Shown: piece after piece, positions 1-7,961 of the stretch | How positions within the stretch are numbered: position 1 is the first letter of the stretch | How the letters are laid out: every line of letters starts with the position of its first letter | The notes under the pieces: generated by a model | Database searches by the model: none | The model's input: the letters and a program-made list of their open reading frames with translations, nothing else | Told to the model about the DNA's origin: nothing | Made by a program: the position numbers and the translations under genes | Origin: Acidobacteriota bacterium | GTDB lineage: Bacteria > Acidobacteriota > Terriglobia > UBA7540 | Assembly: GCA_003224635.1 (NCBI GenBank) | Contig: QHZK01000009.1 | Location: forward strand, 1-42,928 | DNA length: 42,928 bases | Direction: 5' to 3'

Positions 1-1154
1 TCGACGAACTGGCGCACCTGTACGTTCAGGGAAAAGTCGAGCGATGACGCGCCAAAACCCGGAATGAACCGGACGGAGGGACCAGGCGTTGCCAACAGCC
101 CCTCGACCCCATCCGTCGCAGCCTTGCTGGCGATATCGAGCAGGACCCTCTCCACCAGATTCGGGTCCGTCCCGTAGGCCACGCTGACGTTCACGGACAG
201 GGACATGCGGGGCTCAGGCGTCGAGTAATTGATGATGACGGCCTTGGCCATGGTGGAGTTGGGAACGACCACCATGTTGTTTCCGAGAGTGCGCATTTTG
301 GTCGAGCGCCAGCCCACCTTCACGACGTATCCCTCCTGGCCGGAGTCCAGTTTGATGTAGTCCTCGGGACTGATGGGGTGGTCGGCCAAAAGATACAAGC
401 CCGCAAACAAATTGCTGAGCGTCTCCTGTAAAGCCAGAGCCACAGCCACGCTGCCCACGCCCAGAGTCGTCCAGACGGCGGTCAGGTGTATGCCGAAGTT
501 CTCGAGGATGATGATGGTCGCGAGCAAGGCAAAGAGCAGGCGGGTGACGAAGGTCGCGGGCTGCGTGACGTGCGACAAAGCCGGCTCCCTCTGGCTCAAC
601 CGGCCGAGATACAGAACAACGAGTTTGGCGAGGGCGTAGAAAACCAGCGTGATGCTCAGCGCGGCCGTCAGCTTGGAGCCGAAACGCTCGTATTTCACCG
701 GAAGCTTGAGAACCTCGAAAAGCGTGTAGAGCGCCAGCAGCACGAAGAGGGCGCGGGTCATTGCCGCAACGAATCGCGTCACGGGCTCGAACTCCGGTTT
801 CCGGTGACCCACGCGTCGCACGAACACGATCACGACTCTGGCGGGAAAATAGAAAACCACCAGAATCACAAGGCCGGAGATAAGCGTCGCCCCGAGCCGC
901 TCATACCGGCGCGGCAGCGGGAGCACTTCCAGGCCCGTGTAGAGGGCAGCCAGCAGGAACAGCGGAATGGGCAGCGGCTGCAAGACCGAGAACAACACCT
1001 CTCCCCAGGTGTTCTCGAGCTTCGCGGCCCACCTTTTGCAAATCCGTTCGAGGGTTAAGCCGGCGGCGAAGGCGACCAGCAGGAGCACAAGAAGGCCGAG
1101 AAGGTACACCACATTCCGAGAAAGGTGGAGCGTTTGCCCCAGGGCCTCAGGCAT
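1..1154 (-). CDS. Mechanosensitive ion channel, MscS family (partial; 3' end runs off the left window edge)
   Basis: Absent from the ORF track because it is open at the window edge. My minus-strand translation from ATG (complement of 1152-1154, preceded by aaaaGGAGAc) reads MPEALGQTLHLSRNVVYLLGLLVLLLVAF..., with several hydrophobic helices. It continues GVGSVAVALALQETLSNLFAGLYLLADHPISPEDYIKLDSGQEGYVVKVGWRSTKMRTLGNNMVVVPNS, the MscS pore-helix/beta-domain pattern. Confidence 0.85.
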   Translation of the reverse strand, partial: MPEALGQTLHLSRNVVYLLGLLVLLLVAFAAGLTLERICKRWAAKLENTWGEVLFSVLQPLPIPLFLLAALYTGLEVLPLPRRYERLGATLISGLVILVVFYFPARVVIVFVRRVGHRKPEFEPVTRFVAAMTRALFVLLALYTLFEVLKLPVKYERFGSKLTAALSITLVFYALAKLVVLYLGRLSQREPALSHVTQPATFVTRLLFALLATIIILENFGIHLTAVWTTLGVGSVAVALALQETLSNLFAGLYLLADHPISPEDYIKLDSGQEGYVVKVGWRSTKMRTLGNNMVVVPNSTMAKAVIINYSTPEPRMSLSVNVSVAYGTDPNLVERVLLDIASKAATDGVEGLLATPGPSVRFIPGFGASSLDFSLNVQVRQFV

Positions 1155-1243
1155 GTTCTCAGTCTCCTTTTCCGGTTGACGCGACTAAGGATACCCTGCC
1201 CAGCCTCGCGCGCGCAATCGCGCTCGGGGTGACGCACACGCCC

Positions 1244-1287
1244 GGGGCTGACGAAGCGGGGCTGCGGGGCTGCGGGGCTGATGAAGC
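1244..1287. repeat. Short direct repeats: GGGGCTG-ACGAAGC / GGGGCTGC / GGGGCTGC / GGGGCTG-ATGAAGC
   Basis: Read directly in the divergent intergenic region between the mscS-like start (1154) and tRNA-Pro (1471). GGGGCTG occurs four times in 44 bp. Confidence 0.7.
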
Positions 1288-1470
1288 GTTGACTTGTTTC
1301 CTTTCCTGGTGCTAACGTTCTCGCCAGAAGGGGGCGCGTGGGAAACGAAACCGAGTGAGGGTCAAGTGCGAGAAGTGCGGGTGCGCGGCGCCAATTCGTT
1401 CACGCGGCATGACGGACGCAAGACGAGGATTTGCCTTTCTGACCTAATACGTTTTTAGTCTGAACAAGAT

Positions 1471-1547
1471 CGGGGCGTGGCGCAGCCTGGTAGCGCGCTT
1501 GCCTTGGGCGCAAGAGGTCCCCGGTTCGAATCCGGGCGCCCCGACCA
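1471..1547 (+). tRNA. tRNA-Pro (anticodon UGG)
   Basis: Manual cloverleaf, in order:
- Acceptor CGGGGCG/CGCCCCG.
- D arm GCGC-AGCCUGGUA-GCGC.
- Anticodon arm CUUGC-CUUGGGC-GCAAG, with U33, UGG and G37.
- T arm CCCGG-UUCGAAU-CCGGG.
- Discriminator A and encoded CCA.
Total length is 77 nt. Confidence 0.92.
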
Positions 1548-1678
1548 AAATTCTAAGGGTTAACCGCTCCAGGCCATCTCCGGAAAAGTCCAAACTCCTA
1601 CAAGTCACATTCTCGGGAGAGCGGTTACCACTTTGGAAGCCGCTTCCCACTTCTCGGCCGGAATGGCCCGGGTGTAGA

Positions 1679-1913
1679 TGTTACTACGACGCACAGGGCC
1701 GGCGGGTGAGAGAAGGCGGGTGGGAACAGCTACGTCTACGGGCTCAATGGCGAGGTGCTGGCGGAGTACGACGCGGGCGGGAACCTGGTGAGCGAGTACG
1801 TCTACTTGGGCGGGCGGCGGACGGCGCGCCGGGACGCTTCAGGCACAGGCGCGGCATACTGCTATTTTGCGGACCACTTGGGGACGCGGGGTGGCGCAGA
1901 CATCGTTCTGTGA
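1679..1913 (+). pseudogene. RHS/YD-repeat protein remnant (frameshifted, no start, truncated)
   Basis: One frame reads ..YYDAQGRRV.. from 1682. The next frame (from ~1722) reads NSYVYGLNGEVLAEYDAGGNLVSEYVYLGGRRTARRDASGTGAAYCYFADHLGTRGGADIVL* with stop at 1911-1913. YD repeats and the YxxxDHLG motif are typical of the end of RHS cores. The two pieces lie in different frames and there is no plausible N-terminus. Confidence 0.6.
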
Positions 1914-2035
1914 TGTCTGCGAAAGTTGGTGCGCCCGAGAGCCGTGCCGCGGCCGCATGCGAGTCAATCGGCGTCCTCAGATGCATTTCCCGGGCGCTCC
2001 GCCATCCCAGATTAGCACACTAAAATGAGACAATG

Positions 2036-2072
2036 GGGACGCGTGGGACGCGCGGGACAAATTATTTGTCCC
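2036..2072. repeat. Three 9-bp-phased GGGAC units overlapping a perfect 9-1-9 palindrome (GGGACAAAT t ATTTGTCCC, 2054-2072)
   Basis: Read directly: gggacgcgt gggacgcgc gggacaaat t atttgtccc. It lies in an apparently non-coding ~550-bp stretch between the RHS remnant and the 3' end of the giant gene. Confidence 0.6.
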
Positions 2073-2465
2073 AAGGAATCAACGAGTTGCCAAGGGAGAA
2101 GGCGCGGCGTCTCAATGTTTCCCGTGGAACCACCAGCCATTCCCGCAACATTTCCACGCATCAACTCAGGCGCTTGGGCCGAAGGAAGATAACGCGAAGC
2201 AGCACGAATTTCCTGACGTTGAAGGCTGCGTCCCGCCGGCAATGAAGCTCAAGCCTCCCCCGGTGAAACAGGCGCAGCGGCTTGCTGGCAGCATCAAGGA
2301 CCAGTCTCTAGGCCAACTCCTGCAGGCGGCGCTCGATTTGAAGAGGGTCTCACGGCAAACCCCTTCGCAGACGTTCCCAAAAGGAATCTGCTGATCGCCT
2401 TTCCCAGGGCTCGCTCCTCCAATGCCTGCTTGGCAATCAGTGGCTCGTGCCTCCTCACGCCGCAC

Positions 2466-5400
2466 CTACTGATTCACGACTCCAGCACTCAGAGCGTAGA
2501 GATTTGTTCCATCCGGGCTGGCAAAGCTCTGCGCCGAGCACCTGCCGGCGGTAGTGCCGACGGTCATCGCGCCGTGGAATGGCGCAGCGCTCAGATTGAC
2601 CGTGGAGCCCCCTGTCTCATCCTGACACACTATCAGATCCATGTGGTAACCCGCCTTAAAGTTAGTGATGGTGACCGTGGTGATGTTCGTCCTACCAACG
2701 GGCTTGATCTGCTGCACGTTTGACAGCGAAGTGTCACAGGTGGCGGTCGCATTTCCCGAGGAGAGAACGCACGTGTTGGCGGTCTGGTTGACGATGGCGC
2801 CGGCCACGCTCACGCCGCTGGAGAACGTCTGCCCGCTGGCGAAGGTGACCGGCTGATCGAATTTTACCGCGCCATTCACCTCCAGGGCGGCCGAAGGGCT
2901 CGTCGTGCCGATGCCGACGTTGCCGGCGACGGCGACGGTACCCGCGGCATTGATCGTAAATTTGTCGGCAAAAGTAATGGGCGCGTCGGCTGTTCCCGGG
3001 GGCGCGGTTTGGTAGTGAAAAGTGCCGGTGGCGTCCACGTACATCCGCGCCGGGACCTTGGAACTGTTGACGCGGCTAAACCCCGGGGCCGACGCATTCC
3101 CGTAGCAGTAGAAACAGATTTCGGGCGAACCGTCGGTAATCGTCCCCAAGCTTCCAAATGATGACTGCGAGGCTCCGAAGAAGATGGAATTCTGTCCGCC
3201 GCCCATCGCGTTGATGTTGGCGTGATGCCCGCCCTTCGCTTGCGAGCTCGCTCCATTCAGCACCGACAGAGCCGCGGTGTTGCCTGAACCGGTGTAGCCG
3301 CTATTGAGCCGGACGTATAGCGCGTCCTGCTCGTTGTTACTGGACCCCACGCTGGTGGTGTTAATTTCCGCACCGTAATTGGGCGCCGTGGTTACCGCCG
3401 GTAAGGTCGAGGTGACCAGCAAAGCGGGAATCCCCCCGGCCCCTTGGTCGGTCATAAAAAGGGGAAAGATCTTGTTCTCCCCATGAGGGTACACTCTCCA
3501 CACCGGAGCGAGGTGCTCAGCGTTGTCGGTGTCCGAGGTGTCCGTCCAAGATGCTTCGAACTGATAATCGTTGTCTCCCGTTTTCTGGGAAGTGAACGAA
3601 GTGCCGTAGTAGGTTCTGGCATTAATGCGGCTGTAGGAGTCAATGGATCCCGTCGAGGAATAGCCGGAGTCGCCGTCCAACATGGTCAGATCGCCCCCGC
3701 CGCTCCGGTCTTCGTTCGGATTGGTGGTGAAATACTTGGTCCCATTGCTGACCACCAGGTTGTAGGTTCCGCTCGTGTCGGTGGTGGGCGCCACTCGATT
3801 GGCAGCAATAGTGGCGTCTGGTGTGTTGTCGTCATAGCGCGTCGCGAAGAACCCCACGTAAAGATGGTCGAAGTTGAAGGTATTGCGCCCGGGGTTGCGC
3901 CGGAAAATATTCCGGCTCTTGGTCCCTTTCCGTGGCTCCGGACAGGTCACTCGCACGGTGTTGTTGTTGGCCGTGACCGAGACGACGGGGCTGAGGGTGG
4001 TTTCGCCGTGCAAGTCCATCTCCGTATAAGCATACTGGTAGGTGCCGTTAAGAACCCCAGGGCCGTTCACTTGGGCGGTGCACGGGTTAGGGGGAGGTCC
4101 CAAGGGAGTCAGGGGTCCCGCTGCCAGTGAATTATTCTGAAGTCCTGGTTTAGACTGGACCGTCAACGCGTAATTGGGGTCTGCTGCTCCTCCCACTCCC
4201 AGGCTGGGCGCGTTGGGGAGGGTCTGGCCAGGCGCGAAAATGACGGGCTGATCGAATTTCGCTGTGCCATTCACTTCCAGCATTGCCCGAGGAGTTGTAG
4301 TCCCAATCCCCACCGAGCCAGAATAATCAATAGTCAGCGCAGTATTGGTCACGCCCGCGGCGTAGTTGTTACTGGTACCAAATTCAAGATAAGACCCATA
4401 TGGTGTTGGGTGCATTCCAATCGCCGCACACACATTGTTCGCACAACCCCAATTGCCAAATGTCAGCTTGGCGAAATCTCCAGAGGTTGTGTTAGGCGTC
4501 ACCACAGTAGCCTGGCCTTGGTCAGTGTTGGCGAAAACTGTAGGGTGCGCCAAGACACGGCTAGAGATCAACCCGGCGAAGTTCGCGGGCCGGTTGAACT
4601 TCGCCGTGCCGTTCACTTCCAGCGTAGCCGAAGGGCTCGTCGTGCCAATCCCCACGTTGCCACTGGGCAGCACGTTCAGCAGCCCCCGTGTTCCGTTGCT
4701 GATTTCAAACAGGCCCGCCGGGGCGTTCCCGCCGACGACCGGGCTAACTTGGGTGCTGGAAGAAAATAGTCCCATTCGGGTGGCTGGCGTGCCGTTTTGG
4801 GCCGTGAAAGCGATGTAGTCGGCTGCATTACCCGTCTCAAACCATGAAGCGTTCTTGCCATCGGACCACGCCGTAGAGGCCCGAAGGCCCCTAAACACCT
4901 CGTTCCCAAGGCCGTCCTGAAGAACTACGGAACCGTCCCCATTGTTCCCCCGGATGGGGCCGTCAGCAGCCACCACCGTGCCGGCGCTCAGGCTCGGTGC
5001 GCTCAGAGTACCTCTGACCGCGAGGTTGGCCCCAGCGGTGAGATTGCCGCTGGGGTCGATGGTCAATGCAGTGTTGGTTACGCCCGCGGCGTTGTTGTTG
5101 CTGGTGCCAAATTCAAGAGAAGTTCCGCCGCCCGACTTGACCATTCCAATCGCCGCGCAAACGTCGTTCGTGCAGTCCGGACTGCCAAACGTCAGCTTGG
5201 TGAAAATCCCGGAGGCTGAAACAGGAGGGGTCGTCAGATGTACCTGTCCTTGGTCGGCATTGGCGAAAGCCGTAGGGTGCGCCAAGACGCCGCTGGAGAT
5301 CAACCCGCTCGAAACTCCCGGAACGTAAGGAACATAGCCCGGTTTTCCAGCGGATACGAAGAGACTCCCGCGAAGCTGCGTCCAGGGCAGATGGTTGAAG

Positions 5401-6605
5401 TCGGCAAGAACTGTGACCAGACTGCCGCTGGGGTGCGCGTACTGGGTAGGGCTGGTTGTCAGTTTGGTGGTGCCAGATCCGGCGGAGACTCTCAACACTT
5501 CCTGGTTGCCGCCGCTTATGGTGCCGATAAGGATGGTGTTGTAGGTTCCCATGGTGAGCGCAGTACTGAGATTCAGGCTCGTTGCGCCTACCGAAACCCC
5601 CGATGTAAGTTTGGCTGTCGCGGCGCCATAGTGGATGTAGAAGGTGTCCGTGACTGCGTTACCAGCTTCGTCCTCAACCCTAGCGAGGAAGAAGTCCTGC
5701 AACGTAAGTGCGTCGAATCCCATTTGCCATGCGCCGTTGTTACCAAACCAATAAAACAGCGGCTCCGAACCCCTCATGGTTATGCCGCTGCTGGCGCTGG
5801 GGCCGCCAGCATCAAACTCGGCATGACCTGCCACCGTCAAGGGACTAATGGGGCTCTTGGTTCCGATCCCCACGTTGCCGCCCGCTACAGAGATCGGGGA
5901 CTTCTCGATATTGCAGGGAGCCGTGAACATCGCGATCGAATTGGCAGTCGCTGTTCCGTCGCTGGTGATGCTGCTGCACGGGCTGAGTTGGCTGACCTGT
6001 GTTTGGCTGGTCTGGGTTTGGCTCTGGGCCTTCGCCGCGGGTGGCTGCAATCCGTTGGGAGGCACAGCGACTACCCCGGAACTTTCGGCTCCTTGCAGCA
6101 CGTAGGCTGCAGCCGGCTTGCCACCCAGAGTATCCGCATCGGCGGCCTTCAAGGCATACGGCACCGCTACCAACAGAACCCGTGGCTGTTCGGCGGCACC
6201 CTCGACTGGTGGCTGGACGCGTAGCCATAGCGCCTTGCCGCTGGTGAAGAGGTCGAGCGGCAAGCCTTTGGGGGAGGCCGCCCCCAACATCACGGTATAA
6301 TGCCCCTGCGAATCCAGATTGACCTTCTGTGATTCCGCCCAGAGCGGCGAGCCGCCGTCCGGCACGCTGTAAAGCGAGAAGGTCACGCTTATCTCCTCAG
6401 CGGGAGAGTCGACATCTTTCAGCGTCCCGCTGAAGCTGATCAGCCGGGGTACGACCGTCGAGCCCGCCGGCGCCAGCGCGGTCGAGTTCACGGAAGCGGA
6501 GCTGTCACTCGTCGGATTCGTTGTCTCAGGTTGCTGCGCCCACAGAATTGCGCCATACCCCAGTGAAACCGCCGCCATGCCTGCCTTAAGAAATCTGTAT
6601 CGCAT
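2466..6605 (-). CDS. Giant secreted tail-fibre-like repeat protein (~1379 aa, signal peptide)
   Basis: The track ORF is 2466..6674. I place the start at the internal ATG (complement of 6603-6605), which is preceded by aAAGGAGGa and gives MRYRFLKAGMAAVSLGYGAILWAQQ, a signal-peptide-like N-terminus. The motif G(N/S)VGIGT(T/K)SP..LEVNG..KF..P occurs four times, as is common in tail-fibre-domain proteins. There is also a Q/S/T-rich linker (AKAQSQTQTSQTQVSQLS), an internal ~86-aa duplication and a Cys-containing C-terminal domain. Confidence 0.85.
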   Translation of the reverse strand: MRYRFLKAGMAAVSLGYGAILWAQQPETTNPTSDSSASVNSTALAPAGSTVVPRLISFSGTLKDVDSPAEEISVTFSLYSVPDGGSPLWAESQKVNLDSQGHYTVMLGAASPKGLPLDLFTSGKALWLRVQPPVEGAAEQPRVLLVAVPYALKAADADTLGGKPAAAYVLQGAESSGVVAVPPNGLQPPAAKAQSQTQTSQTQVSQLSPCSSITSDGTATANSIAMFTAPCNIEKSPISVAGGNVGIGTKSPISPLTVAGHAEFDAGGPSASSGITMRGSEPLFYWFGNNGAWQMGFDALTLQDFFLARVEDEAGNAVTDTFYIHYGAATAKLTSGVSVGATSLNLSTALTMGTYNTILIGTISGGNQEVLRVSAGSGTTKLTTSPTQYAHPSGSLVTVLADFNHLPWTQLRGSLFVSAGKPGYVPYVPGVSSGLISSGVLAHPTAFANADQGQVHLTTPPVSASGIFTKLTFGSPDCTNDVCAAIGMVKSGGGTSLEFGTSNNNAAGVTNTALTIDPSGNLTAGANLAVRGTLSAPSLSAGTVVAADGPIRGNNGDGSVVLQDGLGNEVFRGLRASTAWSDGKNASWFETGNAADYIAFTAQNGTPATRMGLFSSSTQVSPVVGGNAPAGLFEISNGTRGLLNVLPSGNVGIGTTSPSATLEVNGTAKFNRPANFAGLISSRVLAHPTVFANTDQGQATVVTPNTTSGDFAKLTFGNWGCANNVCAAIGMHPTPYGSYLEFGTSNNYAAGVTNTALTIDYSGSVGIGTTTPRAMLEVNGTAKFDQPVIFAPGQTLPNAPSLGVGGAADPNYALTVQSKPGLQNNSLAAGPLTPLGPPPNPCTAQVNGPGVLNGTYQYAYTEMDLHGETTLSPVVSVTANNNTVRVTCPEPRKGTKSRNIFRRNPGRNTFNFDHLYVGFFATRYDDNTPDATIAANRVAPTTDTSGTYNLVVSNGTKYFTTNPNEDRSGGGDLTMLDGDSGYSSTGSIDSYSRINARTYYGTSFTSQKTGDNDYQFEASWTDTSDTDNAEHLAPVWRVYPHGENKIFPLFMTDQGAGGIPALLVTSTLPAVTTAPNYGAEINTTSVGSSNNEQDALYVRLNSGYTGSGNTAALSVLNGASSQAKGGHHANINAMGGGQNSIFFGASQSSFGSLGTITDGSPEICFYCYGNASAPGFSRVNSSKVPARMYVDATGTFHYQTAPPGTADAPITFADKFTINAAGTVAVAGNVGIGTTSPSAALEVNGAVKFDQPVTFASGQTFSSGVSVAGAIVNQTANTCVLSSGNATATCDTSLSNVQQIKPVGRTNITTVTITNFKAGYHMDLIVCQDETGGSTVNLSAAPFHGAMTVGTTAGRCSAQSFASPDGTNLYALSAGVVNQ

Positions 6606-6731
6606 GTTCCCCGTCGTCCTCCTTTGTTCCAAAGTGCCCGGATAGTGCGTGGGCGGAAACAGCCCCTGGCGCACTACGGGAAGGAACCAAAAGCCTTACC
6701 CTTAACCCTTGGGGCTGCAGTCTAAAAGGTA

Positions 6732-6750
6732 GTGCGCTAATTTAGCGCAC
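6732..6750. promoter_or_regulatory. Perfect 9-1-9 palindrome GTGCGCTAA t TTAGCGCAC in a divergent promoter region (candidate operator)
   Basis: Read directly. It lies between the giant gene start (6605, minus) and the methyltransferase start (6815, plus). Any function is inferred. Confidence 0.4.
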
Positions 6751-6814
6751 CACCGTCGAAAAGGTTAGGATGAAAAGATTATGATACTGCGTCCTGCGTT
6801 ATACTTGTTTCGTT

Positions 6815-7400
6815 TTGAGAATTCCCACCCAGAAAGAGTACTCCCACGAGCGCTTGGGTGAACGCTTCCGAACCGCGTTGTCTGCCTACGACACCCAACG
6901 CCGTCGCGAGGTTCTGATCGATCGTTTTCTGGCGAGGAAACTCGAGGGCCGCACTGTTTTGGAAGTCGGGGCGGGTCTCGGTTTTTTCAGCCAGCGCCTG
7001 CAGCAACGCGGCGCGTCCGTAACCGCCACGGACATCGGCGAAAGCATGTTACAGCATGTTACAGAAGGTGAGGGAGACAGTAGGCTGCCATTGCGAATGC
7101 ATCGATGCCCTGTCGCTCGCGGAGCATTTCGGGCCCAATCGGTTCGATGTCGTACTTTCTTCCGAGTGCATCGAGCACACGCCAGCTCCTATGGAAGCCG
7201 TGCGTCAGATGGCGGTGGTGTTGAAACCGGGCGGTTATCTTGCGTTGAGCACGCCGCTATCGCCTAACTATGGACACAAACCGAGCGCTGGCCAGGTTAC
7301 CCAACTTGCTGACAATAACCACATTGGCCAAGGCATTGATGAGATGGACCCCACAAAAAGGGCAGGAATGGTGCCCGGTTCAGGGACCGAGCTTTCCTGA
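6815..7400 (+). pseudogene. Class I SAM-dependent methyltransferase, disrupted by a 10-bp tandem duplication
   Basis: ORF 6815..7267 encodes ..LEGRTVLEVGAGLGFFSQRLQQRGASVTATDIGESMLQ (SAM-binding motif I). The protein continues in ORF 7056..7400 as MLQKVRETVGCHCECIDALSLAEHFGPNRFDVVLSSECIEHTPAPMEAVRQMAVVLKPGGYLALSTP. Removing one copy of agcatgttac joins the two frames seamlessly. Confidence 0.75.
7043..7062 (+). repeat. Perfect 10-bp tandem duplication (agcatgttac x2) causing a +1 frameshift
   Basis: Read directly: gaaagcatgttacagcatgttacagaagg. Ten is not a multiple of three. Confidence 0.9.
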
Positions 7401-7961
7401 TTGGTCCGGCAGCGTGCCGCTCTCAGTTGCCCGGTCCGATCCCGGCTCGCAGCTCCGGTCATCTTGGAGTCGATTTGCGGGATAACCGTTTGCTGGCGGC
7501 TTCTGATAATCAACAATGAAGAGCGGTCGGCTACGGGTCTGGTCCAAGGTCCGCCAGAGATACTCGCCGAGAACCCCGATCATGAGCATTTCCGTCCCGT
7601 GCAGCAGCATCATCATGATCATAACTGATGTCCAGCCGACGGCTCGGGTTCCAAACCATAGCCTCTGGATCACTAATCCGACCGAAGCCAGGATACCAAG
7701 GCAGAACAGACCGATTCCTGCCACGGTAATGAACCGAATCGGCGCAAATGAATAACCAACGAAACCGTCGACAAAGTATTTCATCTTCTTCGCCGACGAC
7801 CAGCCGGAGTCTCCCGCTTCCCGCTCTCTGCGGGTGTAGACAATCTCATGCACGGGTCCGCTCGCATACAGAATTTCGCCCTGTAGGAATCCGTTGGGCT
7901 CCGGACGTGCCACCAGCCGTTCCTTCACTGTTTGGTCAATCAGGAAAAAATCAAAGTGCAT
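7380..7961 (-). CDS. GT2 glycosyltransferase, C-terminal fragment with membrane anchor (split from 7951..8400)
   Basis: ..FDFFLIDQTVKERL..YTRREREAGDSGWSSAKKMKYFVDGFVGYSFAPIRF.. is followed by two hydrophobic helices and GVLGEYLWRTLDQTRSRPLFIV. This is the C-terminal half of polyprenol-phosphate glycosyltransferases of the GtrB/ArnC/DPM1 type. Confidence 0.75.
   Translation of the reverse strand: MHFDFFLIDQTVKERLVARPEPNGFLQGEILYASGPVHEIVYTRREREAGDSGWSSAKKMKYFVDGFVGYSFAPIRFITVAGIGLFCLGILASVGLVIQRLWFGTRAVGWTSVMIMMMLLHGTEMLMIGVLGEYLWRTLDQTRSRPLFIVDYQKPPANGYPANRLQDDRSCEPGSDRATESGTLPDQSGKLGP

Noticed and set aside
1289-1318. A sigma-70-like promoter (TTGACT, 17-18 nt spacer, cTAACGt) upstream of tRNA-Pro.
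   Set aside because: The -10 match is weak and the element lies ~150 nt from the tRNA 5' end. This is not enough support to call it.
2242-2394. A 50-codon ORF (MKLKPPPVKQAQRLAGSIKDQSLGQLLQAALDLKRVSRQTPSQTFPKGIC) in the gap after the RHS remnant.
   Set aside because: There is no SD and no recognisable family, and it sits in degenerate sequence. It could be chance or a gene fragment.
4317-5306. The internal repeats of the giant gene as a diversity-generating retroelement TR/VR pair.
   Set aside because: There is no reverse transcriptase or accessory gene anywhere in the window. Both copies are in frame within the same ORF, and the differences are not visibly adenine-specific.
5238-6224. Long plus-strand ORFs antisense to real genes: 5238-6224, 3444-4130, 16406-17317, 18907-19590, 21023-21883, 24790-25749 and others.
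   Set aside because: Their translations are Arg/Gly/Pro-rich and carry no family motifs. Each lies fully inside a minus-strand gene with clear domain signatures. These are the typical shadow ORFs of GC-rich DNA.
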